A stretch of 64,000 nucleotides of DNA from Planctomycetota bacterium (lineage in GTDB: Bacteria; Planctomycetota; UBA1135; UBA2386): the NCBI GenBank assembly GCA_027621295.1, contig JAQCBR010000006.1:3385-67384 (forward strand). The letters are read 5' to 3'. Both the position numbers and the translations under genes were made by a program. Below the pieces are notes generated by a model. That model saw only the letters and a list, made by a program, of their open reading frames with translations. It was not told where the DNA came from and did no database searches. Each line of letters starts with the position of its first letter. Within the stretch, counting starts at the first letter, position 1. Positions 17,433-28,095 of the stretch are shown here, piece by piece.

Positions 17433-20400
17433 TCAGTCCCGGCGGATCGCCGGCACGCCGGCGGCGCGCGCCTTCGCGTCGAGCTCGGCGATCTCCTCGT
17501 CGAGGATCGCACGCAGCGTGTCCAGGGGCGCTGCGATCTTCTCGAACAACTCTTCACGCACCGCCCGCTGCGGCGCGGTCGGACCGAAGCCGCCGGACAG
17601 CCGGTTGAGGCCGGCGAGCTTGTCGTTGAGCCGGATCGGGAAGTTCAGCGGGTCCTGCCCGCTCTTGCTCTTCGTCTGGTAGAGCGTCTCCTCGGCCTCA
17701 CGCATCCGATCGCGGATCGACCCGAGCTCGTCGCGGAGCAGCTGGATGTCGTCACCCTTCGGCAGCCGCGCCTCGAACTCGTCGAGGGCAGGCCGCACGT
17801 CCCGGACCTCCTGCAGCGCGCGGTGGACGTCGTCGAGCTTCGCGACGACCGCGGTCAGGAACTCCCACTGCTCGACGTGGTCGGCCTGGGTCGCGCGCGT
17901 CCGCGGGTCGGCGAGGATGTCGAACGTCGTCTCGCGCACCTCGTCGCCGACGGTCAGCCGCACCGTGTAGGTGCCGGGCACGGCGAGCGGACCGGACAGG
18001 CTGCGGTTCCAGAGGACCATGTCGTCGAACGCGCGAGCGCCCGGCCACCGCATGTCCCAGCGGAACTCCTGGAGCCCGGCCTTCGCGTCGAGCACGCGGT
18101 CCTCGCGCTCGCCGTCCTTGCCGCCGCGACGCGTCAGCGTGCGGACCGCGCGCTGGTCGGCGTCGAGGATCTCGAGGCGCACGACCGCGTCCTTCGCGGC
18201 GTCCGCCGGGAGCCAGTAGCTGATCCCCACGCCGCCCGGCGGGTTCTGTCCGGCCGTGCTCGCACCACGGCGGCGGCCGCCGCGGCCACCGCCCATGCCG
18301 ACGCGGTAGGTCGGTTCCGGGGCGAACAGGTGCAGCGTCGGATCGACCGCGTCGAACGCACGAAGCAGCGAGAGGCCGTTCAGGATCCAGTAGCCGCGCC
18401 CCTGGGTCGCCGCGACGAGCTCATCGCCGCGCACCGCGAGGTCGGTAACCGGAACGGTCGGGAGGTCGCCCTGCAGCGAACGCCAGGTCGCGCCGTCGTC
18501 CAGCGACACGTGGACGCCGCGCTCGGTGCCCACGTAGAGGAGCCCAGCACGCGCCCGATCGGCGCGGATCGCGCGCGTGAAGTGGTCGTCCGCGATCCCC
18601 TCCCCGGTGATGTCCCGCCACGTCGCGCCGTAGTCGCTCGTGTGGAACAGGTAGGGACGGAAGTCGTCGGCCTTGTAGTTGGTGGCCGCGACGTAGAGGC
18701 CGCCGACCCGGAACGGGTCCGCGTCGATGCAGTTGACGACGGTGAACGCCGGCAGCGCCGCCGGGGTCACGTCGGTCCACGAGCCGCCCGCGTCGCGGGA
18801 GACGTGGATCATGCCGTCGTCCGAACCGCACCAGAGCACACCCTTCTCGAGCGGCGACTCGCAGGCGGCGAAGATCGTGCAGTAGTACTCGACGCCGGTG
18901 TTGTCCTTGGTGATCGGGCCACCGGACGGGCCGAGCTTGGTGGGGTCGTTCCTCGTCAGGTCGGGGCTGATCTGCTGCCACGACTGCCCCAGGTCATCGC
19001 TCTGGAACAGCACCTGCGCCGCCGCGTAGAGGCGACCCGGATCGTGCGGCGAGAAGAACAGCGGGAAGTTCCACTGGAACCGGAACTTCGCGTCGACCGC
19101 GCCGTAGCCCATCACCGAGTCGGGCCAGACCTGCACGCTGCGCCGCTCGTTGGTCGCGTGGTCGAGCCAGGTCAGGTAGCCGCCGTAGCTGCCGCCGAAG
19201 ACGAGGTCGGGATTGCCCGGCTGGGCGACCACGTGGCCGGACTCGCCGCCCGCAGTCGGCTCCCAGCTCTCCTCCCCGATCGAACCGCCGTCGATGTTGC
19301 GCGACCGGATCCGCAGCGCGGAGTTGTCCTGCTGGCCGCCGAGCAGCCGGTAAGGGAACGCGTCGTCGAGCGACACGCGGTACATCTGCGACGTCGGCTG
19401 GTTGTCCTGCGGCGTCCAGGTGCGGCCGCCGTCCGCGGAGACGTTCGCGCCACCGTCGTTGGACTCGATCATCCGGAGCGGGTCAGCGGGATCGATCCAG
19501 AGGTCGTGGTTGTCGCCGTGCGGCGTCCCGATGCGGTCGAAGTCCTCGCCGCCGTTCTTGCTCCGCCAGAAGCCGACGTTGAGCACGTAGACGACCTCCT
19601 CGTCGCGCGGGTCCGCCTGGATCCGCGAGTAGTACCAGGCCCGCTGGCGCAGCTCGCGATCCTCCGACACGCGGCGCCACGACGCGCCGGCATCGCGGGA
19701 GCGGAACACCCCGCCGTCGGACGCCTCGATGATCGCGTAGAGGTTGTCGGGGTTGGTCGGCGACACGGTGATCCCGCTGATCCCCCACGTGTCCTTGGGC
19801 AGGCCGCCGTTCTTCGACAGCTCGGACCACGTGCTGCCGCTGTCGGTGGACTTCCACAGGCCCGAGCCCTCTCCGCCGGACGACAGCTCCCACGCGGTGC
19901 GACGCACGTTCCACGTCGACGCGTAGAGGATCCGCGGGTTGGTCGGATCGAAGCAGAGGTCGACCGCACCCGCATCCGCGGACACGAACAGCACCTTCTC
20001 CCACGTCGCGCCACCATCTCGGGAGCGGAACACGCCGCGCTCCTCGTTCGGCCCGAACAGGTGGCCGATCGCCGCGACGTAGACGGTGTCAGGATCGGTC
20101 GGGTGGACGCGCACGCGGCCGATCTGGCGCGTGTCGGCGAGGCCGACGTGGGTCCAGGTCCGCCCGGCGTCGGTCGAGCGGTAGACGCCGTCGCCGTGCG
20201 AGACGTTGCCGCGCACGGTCTTCTCGCCGGTGCCGACGTAGACGACGTTCGGGTCAGACGAGCTGACCGCGACCGCGCCGATCGAGCCGCCGAAGAAGCC
20301 GTCGGAGACGTTGCTCCAGCTGCGGCCGGCGTCGGTGGTCTTGTAGACGCCGCCTCCAGCAGCCCCGAAGTAGTAGGTGCTGCGGTCGGTCGGGATCCCG

Positions 20401-20588
20401 GCGACCGCGCACGAGCGGCCACCGCGGTAGGGACCGACCTCACGCCACGCGGTGCCGCCGAGGAGATCGGGCCACGGATCGCGAGGTGCTGCTGCGTTGT
20501 CGGGCGACTGGGGAAGGACCTGCCCCGCGGAAGCGAGCAGGGCCACGACGAACGGTAGGGTTCTGCGCATCGGAATCGGGGCGGGCAT
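17433..20588 (-). CDS. Exported sortilin/VPS10-like BNR (Asp-box) repeat protein, GH74-like twin beta-propeller with helical C-terminus (1051 aa)
   Basis: Signal peptide, then about ten Asp-boxes (TTDAGRSW, STDAGRTW, SRDGGATW, STDSGSTW, SRDAGASW, SADGGRTW, SDDLGQSW, SRDAGGSW, TSDYGATW, SLDDGATW). Confidence 0.88.
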   Translation of the reverse strand: MPAPIPMRRTLPFVVALLASAGQVLPQSPDNAAAPRDPWPDLLGGTAWREVGPYRGGRSCAVAGIPTDRSTYYFGAAGGGVYKTTDAGRSWSNVSDGFFGGSIGAVAVSSSDPNVVYVGTGEKTVRGNVSHGDGVYRSTDAGRTWTHVGLADTRQIGRVRVHPTDPDTVYVAAIGHLFGPNEERGVFRSRDGGATWEKVLFVSADAGAVDLCFDPTNPRILYASTWNVRRTAWELSSGGEGSGLWKSTDSGSTWSELSKNGGLPKDTWGISGITVSPTNPDNLYAIIEASDGGVFRSRDAGASWRRVSEDRELRQRAWYYSRIQADPRDEEVVYVLNVGFWRSKNGGEDFDRIGTPHGDNHDLWIDPADPLRMIESNDGGANVSADGGRTWTPQDNQPTSQMYRVSLDDAFPYRLLGGQQDNSALRIRSRNIDGGSIGEESWEPTAGGESGHVVAQPGNPDLVFGGSYGGYLTWLDHATNERRSVQVWPDSVMGYGAVDAKFRFQWNFPLFFSPHDPGRLYAAAQVLFQSDDLGQSWQQISPDLTRNDPTKLGPSGGPITKDNTGVEYYCTIFAACESPLEKGVLWCGSDDGMIHVSRDAGGSWTDVTPAALPAFTVVNCIDADPFRVGGLYVAATNYKADDFRPYLFHTSDYGATWRDITGEGIADDHFTRAIRADRARAGLLYVGTERGVHVSLDDGATWRSLQGDLPTVPVTDLAVRGDELVAATQGRGYWILNGLSLLRAFDAVDPTLHLFAPEPTYRVGMGGGRGGRRRGASTAGQNPPGGVGISYWLPADAAKDAVVRLEILDADQRAVRTLTRRGGKDGEREDRVLDAKAGLQEFRWDMRWPGARAFDDMVLWNRSLSGPLAVPGTYTVRLTVGDEVRETTFDILADPRTRATQADHVEQWEFLTAVVAKLDDVHRALQEVRDVRPALDEFEARLPKGDDIQLLRDELGSIRDRMREAEETLYQTKSKSGQDPLNFPIRLNDKLAGLNRLSGGFGPTAPQRAVREELFEKIAAPLDTLRAILDEEIAELDAKARAAGVPAIRRD

Positions 20589-20660
20589 GGCCCGCCGCGG
20601 CGCATCTTCCCCACCCGCTGCACGGGATCGAGCCCGAGCCCGCGGATTCGCGCGTCTGCG

Positions 20661-21680
20661 TCAGGCTCCGGGCGCCGGCTTCTCGACGTGCCCGCCGAAC
20701 GCCTTTCGCATCGCAGAGAGCACCTTGCCCGCGTAGTCGCCCTCGCCGCGCGACGAGAACCGGTCGAACAGCGCCGCGCTGAGCACGTGGACCGGGACAC
20801 CGGCCTCGACCGCGGCCTGGACCGTCCAGCGTCCCTCACCGGAATCGGAGACGCGGCCGGAGTACGCGTCGAGCGACGGGTCGGCGCGGAGCGCGCCGGC
20901 GGTCAGGTCGAGCAGCCACGATCCGACGACGCTGCCGCGCCGCCAGAGCTCGGTGATCGCAGCGACGTCGAGGTCGTACTCGAACCGCTCCGGGTGATCG
21001 AGCGGCGAGGTCTCGGCGTCCTTCTCGCGGGCGACGGCGCCGACGCCGGCGTGGCGGAGCAGGTTGAGCCCCTCGGCGTAGGCTGCCATCAGCCCGTACT
21101 CGATGCCGTTGTGCACCATCTTCACGAAGTGGCCCGCACCGACCGCTCCGCAGTGCAGGTAGCCCTTCTCGGCGGTCCCGAGCCCGTCGGCGCCGGGCAT
21201 GCGCGGCGCCGCGTCCTCGCCCGGGGCGAGCGTCTCGAGTGCCGGGACCAGACGGTCGAACGCCGCCCGGTCGCCGCCGACCATCAGGCAGTAGCCGCGC
21301 TCCAGCCCGTGGACCCCGCCGCTGACGCCGCAGTCGGCGTAGAGGACTCCCGAGCGCGCGAGCTGCTCGGCCCGCCTCAGGTCGTGCGGGTAGTGCGTGT
21401 TGCCACCGTCGATGACGAGGTCGTCGGTGCCGAGCCTGGGCGCGAGCAGGTCGAGGGTGTCGTCGACGTGGGCGACGGGCACCATCAGCCAGACGGTCCG
21501 CGGTGGTCGCAGTGCGGCGACGAACTCGTCGAGGGTCCGCGCGCCCACCGCGCCCTCGGCTTCGAGGGCTGCGACGGCGTCCGCCGACACGTCGTGCACC
21601 ACGCATTCGTGGCCACCGCGCATCAGGCGCCGGACCATGTTCGCGCCCATCCGGCCGAGGCCGATCATTCCGATCTGCAT
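20661..21680 (-). CDS. gnd: 6-phosphogluconate dehydrogenase, decarboxylating (short YqeC-like form)
   Basis: MQIGMIGLGRMGANMVRRL Rossmann start, GHFVKMVHNGIEYG. Inner ATG of track ORF 20661..22235, whose 5' part overlaps pgi. Confidence 0.9.
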   Translation of the reverse strand: MQIGMIGLGRMGANMVRRLMRGGHECVVHDVSADAVAALEAEGAVGARTLDEFVAALRPPRTVWLMVPVAHVDDTLDLLAPRLGTDDLVIDGGNTHYPHDLRRAEQLARSGVLYADCGVSGGVHGLERGYCLMVGGDRAAFDRLVPALETLAPGEDAAPRMPGADGLGTAEKGYLHCGAVGAGHFVKMVHNGIEYGLMAAYAEGLNLLRHAGVGAVAREKDAETSPLDHPERFEYDLDVAAITELWRRGSVVGSWLLDLTAGALRADPSLDAYSGRVSDSGEGRWTVQAAVEAGVPVHVLSAALFDRFSSRGEGDYAGKVLSAMRKAFGGHVEKPAPGA

Positions 21681-21703
21681 GTGTTCGCTCTCGCGGCGAG
21701 GGG

Positions 21704-23338
21704 TCAGGCACCGCCCCGGCGCAGCGCACGGTAGCGGTGGATCAGTGCGTTCGTCGAGCTGTCGTGGGCGAGCTCGGGTTCCGCTTCGGCGGTGAGCTCG
21801 GGAGCGATCCGACGAGCCAGCTGCTTGCCGAGCTCGACGCCCCACTGGTCGAACGAGTGGATGTTCCAGACCGAGCCGGCGACGAAGACCGCGTGCTCGT
21901 AGAGCGCGATCAGGCAGCCCAGCGTCCGCGGCGTCAGCTCCTCGGCGAGGATCAGCGTCGACGGGCGGTTGCCGGGGAACGTCTTGTGGGCCACCAGCTC
22001 CTCGGGAACACCCTCCGCGCGGACATCGTCCGCCGACTTGCCGAACGCCAGTGCCTCCGCCTGCGCGAACAGGTTGGCCATCAGCTGGTCGTGGTGGTCG
22101 CCGCCCGGGTTGAGGCTCCGGCAGAAGCCGAGGAAGTCGCAGGGCACGATCCGCGTGCCCTGGTGGAGCAGCTGGAAGAACGCGTGCTGGCCATTGGTCC
22201 CAGGCTCGCCCCAGACCACGGCGCCCGTGTGCCACTGGACGTCGGTGCCCTCCCGGGTGACCCGCTTGCCGTTGCTCTCCATGTCGAGCTGCTGCAGGTA
22301 GGCGGGGAACCGGGCCAGGTACTGGTCGTAGGGCAGCACCGCGTGGCTCGCGCAGTCGAGGAAGCTCCCGTACCAGACGCGGAGCATCCCCATCACGACC
22401 GGCGCGTTCCGCGGGAACGGCGCGGTGAAGAAGTGCTCGTCCATCGCCCGGAAGCCGGCGAGGAACTCGCGGAACCCGCTAGGCCCGATCGCCAGCATCA
22501 GGCTCAGGCCGACGGCCGAGCCGACGCTGTAGCGCCCGCCGACCCAGTCCCAGAACCCGAACATGTTCGCGGTGTCGATGCCGAAGGCCGACACTGCCTC
22601 GGCGTTGGTCGACACCGCGACGAAGTGCTTGGCCACCGCATCCTCGCCCAGCGCCGCGCAGAGCCAGTCGCGAGCCGAACGCGCGTTGGCCAGCGTCTCG
22701 AGCGTCGTGAACGTCTTCGAGCAGACGACGAACAGCGTGGCTGCCGGATCGAGGTCGCGGACGGCCTCCGCGAGGTGCGTGCCGTCGACGTTCGACACGA
22801 ATCGGACGTCGATGTCGCGGTCGGCGTAGTGCCGCAGCGCCTCGACGCACATCGCGGGGCCCAGGTCCGAGCCCCCGATGCCGAGGTTGACGACGTGGCG
22901 GATCCGCGCGCCGGTGTGCCCGGTCCAGTCTCCGGATCGGACCCGGTCCGCGAAATCGGCGCAGCGGTCGAGCACCTCGTGGACGCCGGGCACGACGTCG
23001 ACGCCATCGACCACGATCGACGCGTCCCGCGGCGCGCGGAGCGCCACGTGCAGGACCGACCGGTCCTCGGTCGTGTTGATCCGATCGCCGGCGAACATCG
23101 CGTCGATCCGCTCGCGGAGCCCGGCCGCCCGGGCCAGGTCGTGGAGGAGCCGGACCGTCGACGCGTCGGCGTGGTTCTTCGAGAAGTCGAAGTACAGGCC
23201 CGCCGCCTCGAAGCTCATCTTCGGGCCGCGCTCGGGGTCGGCGGCGAAGAGATCGCGCAGACGGGTCGCGAGCATGTCCTCGCGGTGCGTGCGGAGGGCC
23301 CGCCACTCGGGGAGATCGATCGGCACGGTCGGATTCAT
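21704..23338 (-). CDS. pgi: Glucose-6-phosphate isomerase
   Basis: [59 protein letters not shown]. Confidence 0.95.
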   Translation of the reverse strand: MNPTVPIDLPEWRALRTHREDMLATRLRDLFAADPERGPKMSFEAAGLYFDFSKNHADASTVRLLHDLARAAGLRERIDAMFAGDRINTTEDRSVLHVALRAPRDASIVVDGVDVVPGVHEVLDRCADFADRVRSGDWTGHTGARIRHVVNLGIGGSDLGPAMCVEALRHYADRDIDVRFVSNVDGTHLAEAVRDLDPAATLFVVCSKTFTTLETLANARSARDWLCAALGEDAVAKHFVAVSTNAEAVSAFGIDTANMFGFWDWVGGRYSVGSAVGLSLMLAIGPSGFREFLAGFRAMDEHFFTAPFPRNAPVVMGMLRVWYGSFLDCASHAVLPYDQYLARFPAYLQQLDMESNGKRVTREGTDVQWHTGAVVWGEPGTNGQHAFFQLLHQGTRIVPCDFLGFCRSLNPGGDHHDQLMANLFAQAEALAFGKSADDVRAEGVPEELVAHKTFPGNRPSTLILAEELTPRTLGCLIALYEHAVFVAGSVWNIHSFDQWGVELGKQLARRIAPELTAEAEPELAHDSSTNALIHRYRALRRGGA

Positions 23339-23390
23339 GGCGGTGGCCCCGGGGGCCAGCGCCCTGGGGTACCGGCCGAGCGACGGCCGG

Positions 23391-24941
23391 TCAACGTCGA
23401 TCGGTGCGGCCGTCGCCGAGCACCAGCTCGTGCCAGATCGAGATCGCCTTGCGTGCGCCGACGTCCTCGGCGGATCCGTTCCAGATCGCGAGGTTCCACT
23501 GGGCGGACCGGCCGGACCCGGGCACCAGCGTCTGCGGGTCGAAACCCGCCGACGCGAGCTTTGCTACGAAGGTCAGCTCCCACGCTCCGGCGCTGTGCCT
23601 CGGACGCACGGCGACCTCGCCCGGCCCCGCCGTCCTCAGCACGCCGAGTCCCGATCCCTCCGCGACATCTCCGGCGCGGGATGGGCGGAGCAGGCCCGCA
23701 GGGGGGTTGGGAAGGGCTTCGGGCGGAAGCGTCCCGATCAGGTCGAGCGCGCCGAGGAGGTCGCGGCTCCGGAAGGCCGCCCAGTGCCACAGACCGACTT
23801 CTGCGTCGTGGCTTCCCATCCCGAACAGAGGGGGCAGGCTCTCCTGCGAGAACTCGAGCGCACACTGGTCGGCGAAACCCGAATTGCCGCCCAGCAGGCT
23901 GTCGTCCCGCGTCGGATCGACGTAGCGGACGCGGACGGCCAGCGAGCGGCCGTCGTGGACCGCCTGGACCTCGGCCCGGTCGATGCACGTGTCCCGGACC
24001 GCCAGCGGCATCAGCACCACGTCGACGCCGCGCGCCGGCTCGAAGTCGATCGACGCGAGGTCCTGCGCGTCGATCGCATCGACGCGCGCAGCGACGAGAG
24101 ACCGCCGGACGGGCACGCCACGACGATCGGCGTCGACAGGCAGCAGCGAGCGGACGTAGGCGAGCAGTGCTATGAGCTCGGTCCGGTCCTCGAAGATCGA
24201 GGGCGGCATCGCCGCACCCGGCATGCCCGCGAGCACCCGGTGTGCGAGGTCCTCCCAACGGGCCCCACCTTCGAGCATCCCCATCCGCAGATCGCGCGCC
24301 CAGTGGACGCCGTCGACCCCGGCCCACGCCCGGTCGGGGCGCTGACCCCGGGCATCGAGGCCGTGGCACGCCGCACAGCGGGCGACGAACGACTCCCGCC
24401 CCCGCTCGAGCAGCTCGGCGTCGATCGCAGTTCCGGGGTCGGGCGGAGCCGGCATGACTTCGCCGGGAGACAGGATCGTCCACGCGAGTGCGCGGGCCTC
24501 CGTCGACGAGATGCGCGCCGTGGTCGACGCGTAGCGCTGCTCCAGCTGGAGTGCCATGCGCGCGACGGCCAGACCGCGCACGTGGTGCACGAGCCCGAGC
24601 AGGTCCTCGGCCGGCAGCCATGAGAAGGCCGGCATCGCGTGGCCGGGCAGGCCGCGCTCGAGCACGCGCAGCAGATCGGCGTCGGTGGGAGCACCGTTCG
24701 ACGTCGACACGACCCGGAACCTGCCGGCCCCGAAGTCCCGCGGACGTGGGAAGAGCCACGGTGCGGCGGGCCCATCACCGCTGCCGTCCTCCGCATGGCA
24801 CACCGCACAGTGCCGCGCGAACAGCGCGGCTGTCCGGGACGGGCCTGCGGCGTCGGCGTCCGGATGCGTGACGGAGGTCGCGCATCCGGCGATGGCGAAG
24901 AACGTGGCAAGGACGGCGCAGCTCGGAGCAGGGCGGATCAT
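23391..24941 (-). CDS. Lipoprotein: diheme cytochrome c fused to an ethylbenzene-dehydrogenase-like (EB_dh/DOMON-type) haem-binding domain
   Basis: Lipobox [20 protein letters not shown]. Two CxxCH motifs (CAVCH, CAACH). The C-terminal roughly 230 aa show the EB_dh-like pattern ([18 protein letters not shown] ... DQCALEF ... GMGS ... VGLWHW ... [22 protein letters not shown]). Confidence 0.7.
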   Translation of the reverse strand: MIRPAPSCAVLATFFAIAGCATSVTHPDADAAGPSRTAALFARHCAVCHAEDGSGDGPAAPWLFPRPRDFGAGRFRVVSTSNGAPTDADLLRVLERGLPGHAMPAFSWLPAEDLLGLVHHVRGLAVARMALQLEQRYASTTARISSTEARALAWTILSPGEVMPAPPDPGTAIDAELLERGRESFVARCAACHGLDARGQRPDRAWAGVDGVHWARDLRMGMLEGGARWEDLAHRVLAGMPGAAMPPSIFEDRTELIALLAYVRSLLPVDADRRGVPVRRSLVAARVDAIDAQDLASIDFEPARGVDVVLMPLAVRDTCIDRAEVQAVHDGRSLAVRVRYVDPTRDDSLLGGNSGFADQCALEFSQESLPPLFGMGSHDAEVGLWHWAAFRSRDLLGALDLIGTLPPEALPNPPAGLLRPSRAGDVAEGSGLGVLRTAGPGEVAVRPRHSAGAWELTFVAKLASAGFDPQTLVPGSGRSAQWNLAIWNGSAEDVGARKAISIWHELVLGDGRTDRR

Positions 24942-25032
24942 CGACACCTCCAGCCCGACGCAACGTCGGCGGACGCGTCGAACTTGCGCCGACTCTCGCG
25001 CGGCGTGCCCGGCTCGGACACGATCACGGCAG

Positions 25033-26760
25033 ATGCGCGTCGATCCGCTTCGCCTCCCCTTCGACCTGTCGGTCCGGATGCCCGGGTCGAAGTCCGTCGC
25101 CAACCGCGCGCTGGTCGCGGCATGTCTGGCGGAGGGGTCGACGACGGTCCGCGGCGCGACGCTGTGCGACGACGTCCGCCTCCTCGTCGAGAACCTGATC
25201 CGCATGGGCTACCGACTCCGCGTCGGCCCGGACGCGATCGAGATCGAGGGTGGCATCCCGGACGCCGCGGGCCCCGACCCCGTGACGCTGGACTGCGGCC
25301 TCGGCGGGACCACGCTGCGCTTCCTGCTCGCGGTCGCAGCGGTCACGCCTGGGACTTTCGTCCTGACCGGAGCGGCGCGACTCCGCGAGCGCCCGATCGG
25401 CGACCTCGTCGACGCGCTGACCGCGCTCGGCGCCGACGTGGCGAGCGAGGACGGCTGCGCCCCGATCCGGGTCCGGGGCGGACGCCTCGCTGGCGGTGAC
25501 GTCGAGGTCGGCACCGACCGGTCGAGCCAGTTCCTGACCGCGCTCCTCCTGGTCGCGCCGGTCTTCGAGCAGGGCCTGAACGTGACCCGCCGCGGCCCGC
25601 TGGCGTCGCCGGGCTACGTCGACCTGACCTGCAGGGTCCTCGCCGAGTTCGGGGTCCGCGTCGAGACGGACGGCGAGCAGTGGTCGGTCCCCGGGATCGG
25701 CCTGACGGCCCCGGCCACGTTCGAGGTCGAGGGCGACTGGAGCGCCGCCGGCGCTTGGCTGGTCCTCGCCGCGCGGACCGGGAGCCGCTTCCGCGCAGAG
25801 AATCTCCGGCCCGACTCGGCCCAGTCCGACCGGGCGATGCCCGACCTGGTCGCGGCACTCGCCGACCCGGGCGACGTCGAGATCGACGCGTCCGACACGC
25901 CCGACCAGGTGATGAACCTCGCGGTCCTGGCCGCTCTGCGGGAGGGCGAGACCCGCATCCGCGGTGCCGCGAACCTGCGGCTCAAGGAGAGCGACCGCCT
26001 CGCCGCGACCACGCGGGAACTCCGGAAGGCGGGCGTCGACGTCACCGAAGACGAGGACGGGCTCACGGTCCGCGGCCCGACGCGCCTGCTGCCCGCGGAC
26101 TTCGCGTGCCACGGCGACCACCGCATCGCGATGGCGCTCGCGGTGCTCGGCTCGGTGCGCAGCGGCGTGACGCTGGACACGCCCGAATGCGTGTCGAAGA
26201 GCTATCCCAGCTTCTTCGAAGACCTGGCCGCGGCGCGCGCGAACCCGCGCTGCATCGCGCTGGTCGGGATGCGTGGGGCCGGCAAGTCGACGCTCGGGCG
26301 CGCGCTTGCGGCGGCACTCGACCTGCGCTTCGCCGACACGGACGAGATGTTCGCGCACGCACACGGCCCGATCGGTGCCTTCGTCGCGAACCACGGCTGG
26401 GACACGTTCCGCGACCGCGAGGCAGACCTCGTCGCCGCGGCCCTCCGCCCGGGCCACGTCGTCGCGCTCGGCGGCGGATCCGTCGACCGCGCGTCGACCG
26501 CGGGCCTCGTCGCCGACCGCGCGCTCGTCGTCTGGATCCGCGAGCGCGCCGAAACGCTGGCGACGCGCCTCGCCGCGTCGCCCCGCCCGGCCCTGACCGG
26601 CCTGGACCCCGCCGACGAGATCGTCGCCGTCCTCGAACGTCGCGACCCGATCCACGCCCGTCTGTCCGATCTCGAGCTGCCGCCGGGCGAGGACGTCGAA
26701 CGGCGGGGCGAGCGCGTGCGCGCCTGGCTCCGCCGCCTGCTGGGCGCCAAGCCGGTCTAG
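25033..26760 (+). CDS. aroA: Bifunctional EPSP synthase / shikimate kinase fusion (575 aa)
   Basis: AroA: MPGSKSVANRALVAACLAEG ... LKESDRL ... DHRIAMA. AroK from about 26250: IALVGMRGAGKSTLGRALA...DTD...GGG. Inner ATG of track ORF 24556..26760. Confidence 0.88.
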   Translation: MRVDPLRLPFDLSVRMPGSKSVANRALVAACLAEGSTTVRGATLCDDVRLLVENLIRMGYRLRVGPDAIEIEGGIPDAAGPDPVTLDCGLGGTTLRFLLAVAAVTPGTFVLTGAARLRERPIGDLVDALTALGADVASEDGCAPIRVRGGRLAGGDVEVGTDRSSQFLTALLLVAPVFEQGLNVTRRGPLASPGYVDLTCRVLAEFGVRVETDGEQWSVPGIGLTAPATFEVEGDWSAAGAWLVLAARTGSRFRAENLRPDSAQSDRAMPDLVAALADPGDVEIDASDTPDQVMNLAVLAALREGETRIRGAANLRLKESDRLAATTRELRKAGVDVTEDEDGLTVRGPTRLLPADFACHGDHRIAMALAVLGSVRSGVTLDTPECVSKSYPSFFEDLAAARANPRCIALVGMRGAGKSTLGRALAAALDLRFADTDEMFAHAHGPIGAFVANHGWDTFRDREADLVAAALRPGHVVALGGGSVDRASTAGLVADRALVVWIRERAETLATRLAASPRPALTGLDPADEIVAVLERRDPIHARLSDLELPPGEDVERRGERVRAWLRRLLGAKPV

Positions 26761-26770
26761 CCGCAGCCGA

Positions 26771-27967
26771 TCACCGACCGCGGAGCGCCGTCAGGACACG
26801 CGGCATCATCGCCTCGACGATCTCCGCGTTGCCCACGCCGACGACGTGGCAGAAGTCGATGTAGCGCGGCTCCGACCTGCCGGCGAAGACCCGCTGCAGG
26901 TCCTGGAAGCAGTCCGGAGCCTCGCGACCCTCGAGCAGTCCGTAGATCCGCTCGGCCATGTCGTCCAGCTCGGCGTGGCCCGCAGCCTCTTCCTCGTAGG
27001 CGGTGAGCGGCTTGTGCAGGTAGGCGATCGGCTGCCAGAAGCACAGCAGCTCGAAGTCGAACTCGCGGGCCAGCGCCGCCAGCATCCGGACGTTGCCGAA
27101 GTAGAGGTCCAGCGTCGCCTCGGCGAGCGCACGATCGCCGAGTTCCTCGGGGGTCGGGGGCTTCGGGGCCTCACCGAGCATGAACTCGTCCCGGCGGCGC
27201 ACCTCGTTCAGCGGGATGCCGGGCTCCCGCGTCTGCGCCGCCGAGGCGACCTCATTGACGCCGTCGTAGCAGATCACGAGATCCGGCACGTTGCCGCGCC
27301 GCAGCTCGATCATCAGCCGGATCAGCGCCTGCGTGCTCACGTAGCCGGACTCACCGAGGTTCACGACCCTGGCCGGCAAGCCCTCCGCCTCCAGTCGCCG
27401 CGACAGCCACGAGGGGATGGTCTCGTCGTCGTCCGCCCCGGTGCCCCAGATCGTCGAGCCGCCGCACACGAACACGCGCGGCGCGTCCGCGGGCAGTGCG
27501 TCGGGCGTGTGGGTGTGCCGTCGCCCTTCGCCGTCCACGCGGATGTGCTCGCCCTCGAACGCCGGACGCCGCCAGTACACGTACGGCTGCCAGTGCATCC
27601 GGACCGAGTCGCGGAACTCCCGGTAGTACGCGTCGGCCCAATCCCTGTCCGGATGGGCGTCCGCCTCGGCCCTCCAGTTGCCGTGCGGGGACACCGGTTC
27701 TGGCGGCTCCGGGAACGCGACGTAGACCACCGACGCCGTCAGGGTCATCGTCCAGCCGGCGAGCGCGATCTTCGGGAGGAGGTCGGCGCGCGTCGCCGCG
27801 AGAACGCAGGCCGAGAGATAGATGCCGGCGAAGCACTGGACCCACGCGAGCCCGAGCGCGGCGGCTTCCGTCGCGTCTTCCCCGGCTTCGTAGAGGCCGA
27901 CGAACGCGAGCGCTGCGATCCCCGGCGCGAGGGCCAGGACCACGCGGGCTGTGCTCATCTGCTGCAT
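26771..27967 (-). CDS. Membrane-anchored SGNH/GDSL-type hydrolase-like protein
   Basis: Three N-terminal hydrophobic helices. FVCGGSTIWG (block I-like), NLGESGY, CYDGVNE (block III-like), DFCHV (block V-like). Confidence 0.6.
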   Translation of the reverse strand: MQQMSTARVVLALAPGIAALAFVGLYEAGEDATEAAALGLAWVQCFAGIYLSACVLAATRADLLPKIALAGWTMTLTASVVYVAFPEPPEPVSPHGNWRAEADAHPDRDWADAYYREFRDSVRMHWQPYVYWRRPAFEGEHIRVDGEGRRHTHTPDALPADAPRVFVCGGSTIWGTGADDDETIPSWLSRRLEAEGLPARVVNLGESGYVSTQALIRLMIELRRGNVPDLVICYDGVNEVASAAQTREPGIPLNEVRRRDEFMLGEAPKPPTPEELGDRALAEATLDLYFGNVRMLAALAREFDFELLCFWQPIAYLHKPLTAYEEEAAGHAELDDMAERIYGLLEGREAPDCFQDLQRVFAGRSEPRYIDFCHVVGVGNAEIVEAMMPRVLTALRGR

Positions 27968-28095
27968 GGGGCTCGACGCCCGGTTCGGAGCGATCCGGAC
28001 GGGCGACCCATGACGCTAGCCGATGCCCCGGGACGAGGACACACGGCGCCGGAAGCAGCGCGCAAGCGGCGCGCGAGCCGACTAGCATCGGCGCC

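Noticed and set aside
17823-20558. 911-aa plus-strand ORF, plus several other ORFs (18421..18981, 19469..20839, 19483..20004) in the same region
   Set aside because: All overlap the 1051-aa Asp-box protein on the minus strand, which has ten canonical SxDxGxTW boxes. The alternatives have no motifs and a biased composition.
20661-22235. Long N-terminal extensions in the ORF track (for example 20661..22235, 24556..26760, 27496..29088, 1526..2980, 4508..5755, 29127..30632, 46180..47799, 39498..40526)
   Set aside because: The extensions overlap the neighbouring gene or are Arg/Pro-rich. Family alignments or signal peptides begin at inner ATG/GTG/TTG codons, which I used instead.
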